Source: Bacteriovoracaceae bacterium (lineage in GTDB: Bacteria > Bdellovibrionota > Bacteriovoracia > Bacteriovoracales > Bacteriovoracaceae). From it: a stretch of 11,551 bases of DNA. Every line of letters starts with the position of its first letter. Position 1 is the stretch's first letter. The notes under the pieces were generated by a model. It had not been told where the DNA came from. It did no database searches and was given only the letters and a program-made list of their open reading frames with translations. A program made the position numbers and the translations under genes. This document shows positions 1 to 8,089 of the stretch, piece after piece. The DNA is taken from NCBI GenBank assembly GCA_041586955.1, contig JBFGZE010000096.1, positions 1 through 11,551 of the forward strand, written 5' to 3'.

Positions 1-1008
1 AGTACCCTTATTTTTCTTTCTCTTTTTTTGGGCATTGATGTCCTGCAAGCAGGCCAATCCCCTTGCGAACTAGTCCGTGCCGCCTTTGATATAGGCTCAG
101 GTAGCACCAAAATGAAGGTGGCAAAAATCGACCGCTGCCAAAAGCGAATTCTTTCTTATATTACCGATAAATCTCTACCCGTTCCCTATAAAGAGGATCT
201 TAAGGGTCAAGACAAAGGTAATGCCCGCTTCAGTGCACTCATCATGGACAAAGGCCTTAACGCCCTTCTCGTACTAAAGAAACAGGCCCAGGCCTTAGGC
301 GCGACCGACTTTAGAGCTGTCGCCACTTCTGCTTTCCGTACCGCCAAAAATGCACCGCAATTTGTTGAAAAAATAAAGGCCAAACTCGACATTCCGATTC
401 ACATTATTGACCAACAAACTGAAGCGAAGTTAGGCCATATGGCGGTTCTCGCCACCAAAGAATTTCCCCGTAAAAATCTCATGGTTTGGGATATTGGCGG
501 AGGCAGTATGCAAATGACCCTGACAGATCAAAATGGTAAACTCCAGACCTTTAAAGGTGATTTGGCCTCCGTGACTTTTAAAAATGCAATTATTAAAGAT
601 ATTTTAAAAAAAGACCCCACTAAAATAACAAGCCCTAATCCTCTTGGGATTATTAATGCACACAAGGCCAAAGAGATGGCCGTCAATTGGGCCAAAACGA
701 ATATTCCAGCGCAATTTCAAGAGCAATTAAAAAATGCTCCTAAAGAAGTGGTCGGTATCGGAGGTGTTCACTTCTATAGTGTTCGCAACCAGACTAAGAA
801 GAAGAAAAAGACGGGTTATTCCTTGGCCGATGTTAAAAATGCTTATAGTAAACGAGTTAAACTAAACGATAAAAAGATAGGTGGTGCCTATGCTGAAACA
901 GACGTCAGTAACCTAGGACTCGTTTTAGGTTTTATGGAAGCACTCAATATCACCCAAGTAATGCCATTAAAAATTAATATGGCCGATGGCATCTTGTTAT
1001 TCTTTTAA
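1..1008 (+). CDS. Ppx/GppA-family phosphatase (ASKHA fold), 5'-truncated, probably exported
   Basis: Frame 1 is open from base 1 (STLIFLSLFLGIDVLQAGQSPC...) to TAA at 1006-1008. It has the motifs AFDIGSGSTK, VATSAFR, a catalytic-position Glu (QQTEAKLG), WDIGGGSMQ and C-terminal MADGIL. The TTG at 28 lies inside a hydrophobic stretch, so the real start is probably upstream of the window. Confidence 0.85.
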   Translation, partial: STLIFLSLFLGIDVLQAGQSPCELVRAAFDIGSGSTKMKVAKIDRCQKRILSYITDKSLPVPYKEDLKGQDKGNARFSALIMDKGLNALLVLKKQAQALGATDFRAVATSAFRTAKNAPQFVEKIKAKLDIPIHIIDQQTEAKLGHMAVLATKEFPRKNLMVWDIGGGSMQMTLTDQNGKLQTFKGDLASVTFKNAIIKDILKKDPTKITSPNPLGIINAHKAKEMAVNWAKTNIPAQFQEQLKNAPKEVVGIGGVHFYSVRNQTKKKKKTGYSLADVKNAYSKRVKLNDKKIGGAYAETDVSNLGLVLGFMEALNITQVMPLKINMADGILLFF

Positions 1009-1196
1009 AAAACCCCTTAAATTTAAAGGGTATCAAAATACTTGGATGCCCTCATAATCAACTACAAAGCTTGGGTGTCGACCCCCAAGTAATATTTTGC
1101 GTCACCAAGACCACTCGATGACTGATAACATATAGAGTAAATTAAAGTTTTGAGGTAAAATGTATTGGTAAATTGAAGTCTTTTAGGGATGAAAAG

Positions 1197-2498
1197 ATGA
1201 ATGATCAAGACGATGATAATGACCTTACACGTATCGAAGACCTTTCTGACTTTATCCACAAGGATAATCCAGAAGTCGATCAAATTTTAGAAGATGCCCA
1301 AGAGAAATCTATAGTACTCGATCTCAACGAATTGCCCAATCAGAGTCAAGAGGATGAACACCCATCTTTTGATGAGGATGAAGCGAGTTCAATCTTTGAT
1401 AATGGCACACCTGAATGGGAGCCTGTACCCGAACCCGAAGACCCTCCTGAAGAAGGAGAAGAAACTGAAGGGCCTCCTGAGTGGGAGCCAAATACAGATG
1501 TTCAATTTGATGAAAGTGAGGCCAATTCAGAATTTGATGGCGAAACAGCTCCGGAAATAGACCTGACAGAGCTTGAATCTAGTGAAACTGGGCATGAGCT
1601 CTTAATGGAGATACCTGCCAACGATAATAATAATTTCGATCTAGAGTTTAATGCTGATCCGGTCACCAAAGACCTCCCGGAAAAAATCTCTGAGGCACCA
1701 CCCGAACCACAAATAGAAGAAACTCCAACGATTCCCGAGTCGCCAACTTTTCACACTGAAGAAATTAAAAATTTTGCCGAAAATATGACAGAGGGAATAG
1801 TACCGATGGGAGGAAACCCTCCCTATTCTATTCTTTTACGCCATATTCGATATAGGGAAGAAGCTGCGAGTATTTTATCGATACTCAAAGAACTTGGCCT
1901 ATGTCGCGATGATAACGAAGAATTATTAACGCAATGCTTGGAGCGCGGTTCCTTATTACTAAGCCAATTGAGTGAATTTACGGCCATCATCATAGGGCAA
2001 AAACTAAAACGTTTTCATTTAGATATACAAATTGCTCTTGCCGATGAATTACATGACTCACCTCACTATGAGAAGGATTTTAAAGGTCTTGTGAGTCGCT
2101 TTAATATGCAACGAAATATTCGTAAGGATCGCCACATCGACAAAGAACTCAAATTAGAGAATGTTCTAACCTCCACCTTATCCCAATTAGATGGCCATCA
2201 GGTTAAACAATATTTAGGAGTCATCACCTCCCACCAAGTTGTTCCTCAATCAACTCTCGACTCATTTCCAAAGGGAACGTTTTCGCGTGGAGAGATTGGT
2301 GATAAAGTTGGTGAAAAAACCTACCAATTAATGATTCAAGGTTTAAAAGAACAGGCCCTCGAAGCACAGGCCAATGCGGTTATTGGCATCCACTTTCAAT
2401 TCACACCTCTTTCCTCTAGCGATGAGGAAAAAGACGAAGAACCTCATTATAAAATAACCTGCGCCGGTAACGCAGTATGGATAGAGGCGCATTCGTGA
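1197..2498 (+). CDS. Hypothetical protein with a long acidic N-terminal region and a C-terminal YbjQ/UPF0145-like (putative heavy-metal-binding) domain
   Basis: The in-frame ATG at 1197 follows AGGGATGAAAAG and is preferred over TTG 1173. The first ~190 aa are D/E/P-rich. The C-terminus VLTSTLSQLDGHQVKQYLGVITS...LKEQALEAQANAVIGIHFQF...CAGNAVWIE follows the YbjQ pattern. Confidence 0.7.
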   Translation: MNDQDDDNDLTRIEDLSDFIHKDNPEVDQILEDAQEKSIVLDLNELPNQSQEDEHPSFDEDEASSIFDNGTPEWEPVPEPEDPPEEGEETEGPPEWEPNTDVQFDESEANSEFDGETAPEIDLTELESSETGHELLMEIPANDNNNFDLEFNADPVTKDLPEKISEAPPEPQIEETPTIPESPTFHTEEIKNFAENMTEGIVPMGGNPPYSILLRHIRYREEAASILSILKELGLCRDDNEELLTQCLERGSLLLSQLSEFTAIIIGQKLKRFHLDIQIALADELHDSPHYEKDFKGLVSRFNMQRNIRKDRHIDKELKLENVLTSTLSQLDGHQVKQYLGVITSHQVVPQSTLDSFPKGTFSRGEIGDKVGEKTYQLMIQGLKEQALEAQANAVIGIHFQFTPLSSSDEEKDEEPHYKITCAGNAVWIEAHS

Positions 2499-3856
2499 AA
2501 TTTAAGTCCCCTGAAAAAATTAATCATACTGATGTCGCTATTATTGGTGGTGGCTGTGTTGGAGTAGGACTCTTTCGCGACCTCTCATTACATGGTGTCC
2601 CCTGCGCCCTGATTGATGCTCGTGATTTTTCCTCGCAGACCTCTTCTCGATCGTCAAAAATGCTACACGGAGGCATCCGCTATTTAGAGAATCTTGATTT
2701 TGATTTAGTCAAAGAAGCATTGATGGAAAAGAATCAATGGCTGAAAATGGCACCTCACCTTTGTTATGAGCGAGACTTTGTCCTTCCCATTTATAAAGAC
2801 TCTGTCCGGCCAAAATGGATGATTTATCTGGGCCTTGTTCTCTATGATTTTTTATCTGCCTTTAAGAATTCTCCCTATCAGATTCTCAGTGCCAAAGAGG
2901 CCAAAAACAAAATACCTCAATTGCGAGAGCAGGGTTTGAAAGGCGCTGGGCTTTACCATGATGCGATTGTTGATGATTGTAAAATGACTCTAGAATGTCT
3001 CTATGATGGACTTTTAGAAAAAAACTCTCATGCCTATAATTACACCGTTTTAAAAAAGCTGACCAAGAAAAATGAATTCCACCTTTTACATTTAGAAGAT
3101 CACCTCACAGGAGAGGTATGGCAAATGACCTGTAAGCGTGTGGTGTTTGCCACGGGTCCCTTTACAGATCAATTATTGGCCGAGCTTAATGCCTTTCCAT
3201 GGAGTCCAAAACTTTTGCCGTCTAAAGGTAGTCACCTATGGTTTAAAAAAGAAGATTTTCCCATTCCCTCACCAGTGGTTCTCACTCCAAAAGATGGTCG
3301 GGTTATTTTTGTTATCCCTCAGGAAGAATTGGTATTAGTTGGCACCACAGAAAAGGAAGTCTGCGAGGATTTTTTTGATATAGAAATCTCACCGGATGAA
3401 GTCAATTACCTACTGCAATGCCTCCAGGAATTTTTTCCGGAGAATCCTCTGAGCGCGGAACAGATTCATTCTACGTTTGCCGGTATTCGTCCTTTGGTAC
3501 GTGACGATGGAAGTGTTAATCGCGGCCAAACCGCTCGCGAGCATAAAGTTTTTTACCCCGCTAATAATATTCATGTCATCTTAGGCGGTAAATACACAAC
3601 CTTTCGCTCCATGGTGCAAGAGCTGGCCAGGGAAATAGTGGTCGAAACTGGTCCTTATTCACCCGATAAAACCTTAGCGCCATTCCGGCAACATTCACTT
3701 GTCCCGGCCTTTCAAAAATCCTCTATCACCAGATCATTAATTGAATCCATTATCGCAAATGAATACCCTCGAACGATCAACGACATCATTGAGCGTCGTC
3801 TCGGTGCTCAAAATCCGATTGGAGAAAAAGAGCTTCTCGAAATCTTAGGGCCTTAA
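2495..3856 (+). CDS. glpD: FAD-dependent glycerol-3-phosphate dehydrogenase/oxidase
   Basis: Motifs DVAIIGGGCVG (FAD binding), DFSSQTSSRSSKMLHGGIRYLE, KGSHL, DGRVIFVIP, VGTTE, FAGIRPL and GGKYTTFR. GTG 2495 overlaps the upstream TGA (GTGA) and has an AGAGG RBS just upstream. Confidence 0.9.
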   Translation: MKFKSPEKINHTDVAIIGGGCVGVGLFRDLSLHGVPCALIDARDFSSQTSSRSSKMLHGGIRYLENLDFDLVKEALMEKNQWLKMAPHLCYERDFVLPIYKDSVRPKWMIYLGLVLYDFLSAFKNSPYQILSAKEAKNKIPQLREQGLKGAGLYHDAIVDDCKMTLECLYDGLLEKNSHAYNYTVLKKLTKKNEFHLLHLEDHLTGEVWQMTCKRVVFATGPFTDQLLAELNAFPWSPKLLPSKGSHLWFKKEDFPIPSPVVLTPKDGRVIFVIPQEELVLVGTTEKEVCEDFFDIEISPDEVNYLLQCLQEFFPENPLSAEQIHSTFAGIRPLVRDDGSVNRGQTAREHKVFYPANNIHVILGGKYTTFRSMVQELAREIVVETGPYSPDKTLAPFRQHSLVPAFQKSSITRSLIESIIANEYPRTINDIIERRLGAQNPIGEKELLEILGP

Positions 3857-3857
3857 A

Positions 3858-4961
3858 TTAAAAACGATAAGCAAGGCCAAAATGGACTCGCGGTCCAGTG
3901 ACCATTTTTGTGTACTCTTCTTCAGTAGTGCTATTGGAATACAGTTCAGAGCGTTGGTAGTAATCTAACTGCGCTCGCATACCAAAACCATTATCGAGAT
4001 AATACTTGATCCCTGTCCCAAAAAAGAGAAAGTTACTAGACCCTGTTAAAGAATCGGCATCGGCCTGGTTAATGGTACTTGTTAAATCAATAGTGTCTTC
4101 ACTAGACCCGACCCCAATTCCCACCGAACCAAAGGCAATGAGGCGATTTGTCCGGGTCGGCAAATTAAGAAAATGCCAACTCGCAGTGACTCCATATTCC
4201 ATCGAGGAATTAGTGACTTCTTGGCCTTGAACCGCACTGGTTTTGTTGGTACTGCTATGAAGAATAATACCAATCGATAATGGTGCCCAAAAGACGTTGG
4301 GATCATTAAAGTATTTTTCAACACCAAGAGAGAAGTCGATAATAGAGGCCTGCCCCTCGGCGGTACCGAGCTCACCATAGTCCATACTGGTCGCCAAATT
4401 ATTAAAGTGAAGGTTACCAAAAGCTTCCCAATTGCGATTCCCCAAGGAACCAGCATGAATTAAGTCTTGCTTCTGAGGACCTTCTTTCATTAACGCATTT
4501 AAATCCTGTGTATCAACCTTCCCTTTTAAATCATTAGGAGCACCAGTTAACACATGACCTCTTTTTTCAACAGGGATACCACCACGAGCAACTTTGATCG
4601 CATCTGGTAGCTCCTTATCGTAAATACTCTTTGTGGGATCTTCTGTTAACTCAATAGGATTGGAAATTTTAAGACTAACAACTTTATCTTGATAAATATT
4701 TTGACTATCTACTAAACGATAAAGCGACCAAATACTACGAGTTGGAGAGGCCTTAACAACCACTCCTCTGGCAATAACTCCAGTCGTGAGAAAAAATCGA
4801 GCATGATCACCGACCACAAGGCCATCTTCTAGGCCCCGGTTAATCAGGACGGTTTTGCGACTTTCACTTATTTTAATAAAGCGCGTGGTTAGCTTTTCAT
4901 CTATTTCAAGAGCATTAATGGGCATCAGAAAAAGCAGGAAAAAAAACGTTTTTAATATCAT
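3858..4961 (-). CDS. Exported outer-membrane beta-barrel protein with an N-terminal FlgT_C-like domain
   Basis: Signal peptide MILKTFFFLLFLMPINA and AGGTGA RBS. The N-domain reads TVLINRGLEDGLVVGD...GVVVK. The C-terminal half has alternating amphipathic strands ending VHFGLAYRF (terminal Phe, BAM signal). Confidence 0.7.
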   Translation of the reverse strand: MILKTFFFLLFLMPINALEIDEKLTTRFIKISESRKTVLINRGLEDGLVVGDHARFFLTTGVIARGVVVKASPTRSIWSLYRLVDSQNIYQDKVVSLKISNPIELTEDPTKSIYDKELPDAIKVARGGIPVEKRGHVLTGAPNDLKGKVDTQDLNALMKEGPQKQDLIHAGSLGNRNWEAFGNLHFNNLATSMDYGELGTAEGQASIIDFSLGVEKYFNDPNVFWAPLSIGIILHSSTNKTSAVQGQEVTNSSMEYGVTASWHFLNLPTRTNRLIAFGSVGIGVGSSEDTIDLTSTINQADADSLTGSSNFLFFGTGIKYYLDNGFGMRAQLDYYQRSELYSNSTTEEEYTKMVTGPRVHFGLAYRF

Positions 4962-4969
4962 AAAATCAC

Positions 4970-6517
4970 CTAAAAATAAAAACTCATCCCCAGGCCAAAA
5001 CGAGTTTCAATAGTCTGAATTTTTTCGGTAATGGGGTCCAAGGGAGTATCTAATAAGCTAAGATTTAAAAATTCCCGCGCTAAAAAGGCATTGACTCCCA
5101 CACCAAAACGGAGATACTCATCCCGGGAATCGCCGGCCTTAAAGCGGTATTTCATGCCCAACTTAAAAGTCGGCATCGCTTGGTATTGGTATTGATAATC
5201 GGCACTCAAAAATTCTGAGGTCATTACCCCACTACCACGCTTAAAACCAACACCAAAATACGGCATATACATTGCCAGACTTTGAGGCGGGTTATAAAAG
5301 TAGAGATTGATATGGGTCTTAAAAGCGGTGCCCGAATATTTCGCGTTGAGGCCACCAATATCAAAATAAGCTGATTCCTTTTCATACTCTACTTCAGCGG
5401 TGAATTTTGTAAGCATCGTGCTGGTTGCTCCCAAATGAAATTCAAATCCTGCAGAAAATCCAAAATCATTACCGGCCTGACCTTCGCCTTCGTCCGTCGT
5501 TTTCGATTGCATTCCAAAATTGGCCTTTAATGTAAATTCGTGCCCTTCCTTTTCATGCAAAGCTCGTTTTTGGCGGTTTAGCTCATATTCCAAACCACTT
5601 TCTGCATAAAATCGCCTTAACTCCTCATCGCTCATATAAGCGCTAAACATTTTACCATCACGTTTTATTTTTTCTTTAGCGCGTGGATCAACTTCTTTAG
5701 CACGATTATCTTCTATCACCTGGCGATAAACGTTGCTTTGGCCACCACCACTTTTAAGGCCACTTTGACCACTACGCGCCGAGTGTTGATATAATTCAAT
5801 AAGCCCACCCTCAGATTCATTCACTTTCTTAACAGCACCCTTTGCGGTGGCATTAAAGACTATGGACTCACGCTTGGCCCGTATTTTATCGCCATCAACC
5901 ACTTTATTCAGCTTCTCTTCTGGATAAAGGTTTTCCAATTCCATCATGTATTGGTCATCCCAATCTTTTTTCTCCTCTTCGGCCCAACGGCCAAAACGGC
6001 GAGTTTCAATATCTTGTCGTTTACTGACTTTGGTTTGATTCAATTCAGATGATGGAAAGAATTTTTGTTCTTCAAAGATGAGATCGACAGGCACTCTTCT
6101 CTTATAATTTTTTTTGAAGGTATCAAGCGGAACCTTATGTGGTGCCAAAACTTTTGTTTGACGCAAGACGAGAGGCCGGCGGGGGTCTTTTCCCTTACGG
6201 GCAATGACCAATCGCTCACCGGCCTTAATCAAATTAAAATTGTCGATAACTTTCAAAAACCAATAGGAGTAATTATCATAGGTTTTAATAACCTCCGCTT
6301 CGGCAACACTTTTAAGTTCTGGCCTATTATTCTCTTGGTTGGTCGATTGATTATAAAGGAGAATTTCATCGTTACTATCAATCCCATCAAGGGTGCCTAA
6401 ATCAATAATAATTGACTTCTTAGATGCTGATACAGCAAGGATTTCAACTACTTCTGTTGAAGCATTGGCCATCAAGTGAACAAAGAAAAGGCAGGCCCAG
6501 GCCACCCAGTATTTCAT
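4970..6517 (-). CDS. Exported outer-membrane beta-barrel protein with an N-terminal FlgT_C-like domain and a charged helical linker
   Basis: Signal peptide MKYWVAWACLFFVHLMANA and GGAG RBS. The N-domain reads SIIIDLGTLDGIDSND...AEVIK. The C-terminal barrel ends TRFGLGMSFYF. It sits 8 bp from the next gene, consistent with an operon. Confidence 0.7.
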   Translation of the reverse strand: MKYWVAWACLFFVHLMANASTEVVEILAVSASKKSIIIDLGTLDGIDSNDEILLYNQSTNQENNRPELKSVAEAEVIKTYDNYSYWFLKVIDNFNLIKAGERLVIARKGKDPRRPLVLRQTKVLAPHKVPLDTFKKNYKRRVPVDLIFEEQKFFPSSELNQTKVSKRQDIETRRFGRWAEEEKKDWDDQYMMELENLYPEEKLNKVVDGDKIRAKRESIVFNATAKGAVKKVNESEGGLIELYQHSARSGQSGLKSGGGQSNVYRQVIEDNRAKEVDPRAKEKIKRDGKMFSAYMSDEELRRFYAESGLEYELNRQKRALHEKEGHEFTLKANFGMQSKTTDEGEGQAGNDFGFSAGFEFHLGATSTMLTKFTAEVEYEKESAYFDIGGLNAKYSGTAFKTHINLYFYNPPQSLAMYMPYFGVGFKRGSGVMTSEFLSADYQYQYQAMPTFKLGMKYRFKAGDSRDEYLRFGVGVNAFLAREFLNLSLLDTPLDPITEKIQTIETRFGLGMSFYF

Positions 6518-6530
6518 GAAAACTCCAATA

Positions 6531-6612
6531 CTATTAATTTAAACAACCTGACGCAACGTGTAAAATGGCGGCAAATTTGAACTCATGGGCTTGAATTTGT
6601 CTATTAATTTAA
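6531..6612. repeat. 12-bp direct repeat CTATTAATTTAA in the divergent intergenic region
   Basis: Exact copies at 6531-6542 and 6601-6612, 70 bp apart. Confidence 0.7.
6536..6564 (-). promoter_or_regulatory. Putative sigma70 promoter for the OMP operon
   Basis: On the minus strand: TTTACA (6564-6559), 17 bp spacer, TAAATT (6541-6536), directly ahead of the GGAG RBS and ATG 6517. Confidence 0.4.
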
Positions 6613-6619
6613 CTATAAC
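6591..6619 (+). promoter_or_regulatory. Putative sigma70 promoter for the small ORF and trxB
   Basis: TTGAAT (6591-6596), 17 bp spacer, TATAAC (6614-6619). Confidence 0.55.
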
Positions 6620-6648
6620 GATAAAGAATCATTAAATTAGAGGTAATT

Positions 6649-6834
6649 GTGGCCAGAAGAAAATCAAAACCTATTTTCCGTTATAAATGTACTATTACGG
6701 ACGAGGAATTTAAAACCACTCGAAAAGTAGAAAATACTGAAGATCTTATATCGGTTACCGCCTATTATCAGCTTCACCCTGAGAATGACGACCGCCCAGA
6801 CAATATCAAAAAGCAATTGGGCGAATTGGAATAA
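6649..6834 (+). CDS. Small hypothetical protein (61 aa), basic N-terminus
   Basis: GTG start with a GAGGT RBS at 6640-6644. It lies downstream of a good promoter and 21 bp upstream of trxB, and has protein-like composition. Confidence 0.7.
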   Translation: MARRKSKPIFRYKCTITDEEFKTTRKVENTEDLISVTAYYQLHPENDDRPDNIKKQLGELE

Positions 6835-6855
6835 ACCCAACCAAGGAAGACACCA

Positions 6856-7779
6856 GTGGAACATCGTAAAGTTATTATTATCGGTTCTGGACCGGCCGGC
6901 CACACTGCCGCCATTTATGCCTCACGCGCAAACTTAAAGCCTCTCGTTCTTGAAGGACATGAGCCTGGTGGTCAATTAACCACGACTACAGATGTTGATA
7001 ATTTCCCCGGCTTTCCTGAGGGAATTATGGGACCTGACCTCATGATGAAAATGAAGGCCCAGGCCCAACGTTTTGAAACAGATTATATTTCAACTCATGT
7101 CACTGAAGTTGATATGCAAAAACGCCCTTTCACCGTTAAATGTGAAAACGGTAGTGAATACACAGCGGACACTCTTATTATTTCCACCGGTGCCAGCGCT
7201 AAATATTTAGGCCTGCCCAATGAAAAGGAATTAATTGGTAAAGGCGTTAGTGCCTGCGCCACATGTGATGGCTTTTTCTATCGCGATAAAGTTGTTCATA
7301 TTGTTGGCGGTGGTGATACTGCCATGGAAGAGGCCACCTTTCTCACTAAGTTTGCCTCCAAAGTATATGTTCTGGTTCGTCGCGACACTCTACGCGCTTC
7401 GAAAGTCATGCAACAACGGGCCTTTGACAACCCAAAAATTGAATTCATTTGGAATTCAAGTGTTGATGAAATTCTTTTCGATGACACAGGGGTTACTGGA
7501 CTTAAGGTTAAAAATACGGAAAATGGTGAGATCACTGAACGGGCAACAGATGGTTTTTTCTTGGCCATTGGCCACTCGCCAAATACCAAATTTCTAAATG
7601 GTCAATTAGAATGTGATGACCATGGGTACATCATTACAAAAGACGGTCATCCAGATACCAATGTTCCTGGTGTTTTCGCTTGTGGAGATGTTCAAGACAC
7701 TTATTATAGACAGGCCATCTCTGCGGCCGGTAGTGGTTGCCAAGCGGCCATCCGCGCTGAGCGCTTTTTAGAAGAATAA
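6856..7779 (+). CDS. trxB: Thioredoxin-disulfide reductase
   Basis: Motifs IIGSGPAGHTAAIY, GGQLTTTTDVDNFPGF, the SACATCDG redox motif, GGGDTAMEEA, VRRDTLRA and GDVQDTYYRQAISAAGSGC. GTG start with an AAGGA RBS. Confidence 0.97.
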   Translation: MEHRKVIIIGSGPAGHTAAIYASRANLKPLVLEGHEPGGQLTTTTDVDNFPGFPEGIMGPDLMMKMKAQAQRFETDYISTHVTEVDMQKRPFTVKCENGSEYTADTLIISTGASAKYLGLPNEKELIGKGVSACATCDGFFYRDKVVHIVGGGDTAMEEATFLTKFASKVYVLVRRDTLRASKVMQQRAFDNPKIEFIWNSSVDEILFDDTGVTGLKVKNTENGEITERATDGFFLAIGHSPNTKFLNGQLECDDHGYIITKDGHPDTNVPGVFACGDVQDTYYRQAISAAGSGCQAAIRAERFLEE

Positions 7780-7789
7780 TAAAAATGAT

Positions 7790-7814
7790 AAAGGTGCCCA
7801 ATTGGGCACCTTTT
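7790..7814 (+). terminator. Intrinsic terminator after trxB, possibly bidirectional
   Basis: Perfect 24-bp palindrome AAAGGTGCCC-AATT-GGGCACCTTT (7790-7813), 10 bp after the stop codon, with T and A runs on the flanks. Confidence 0.8.
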
Positions 7815-8089
7815 AAAGCTTTGCCTTTCACCTTACTTTCTAATGATATTCAATCAAACAGGCCATTTGAAAAAACTTGTAAGTCATAAGCAAATTTTCT
7901 CCATGACTAACGCCTTTAAATTTCCATGCGATTAGCACTAAACAAATTAAAAACTTCTTATTGATTAAATAAGCGACTTTTGAATATGCCCACATAATTA
8001 GTCATTGAACGATTTTTTCCTAAATATGAATTAATGAATTTAATTCCATCACGTTCACCATAACTCTATAGATTAATTGCTAAAACGTA

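Noticed and set aside
1014..1030. Hairpin CCCTT-N7-AAGGG after the Ppx gene as a terminator
   Set aside because: The stem is only 5 bp and there is no convincing downstream U-tract on the + strand.
2477..2494. Track start of glpD at ATG 2477
   Set aside because: GTG 2495 has an RBS and a standard 4-bp overlap, and the extra residues lie inside the upstream gene.
207..7831. Short overlapping ORFs (207-392, 1062-1283, 1354-1560, 3138-3338, 4006-4230, 4082-4456, 6065-6400, 6664-6903, 7235-7597, 7296-7589, 7634-7831)
   Set aside because: They overlap better-supported genes and show no recognisable motifs.
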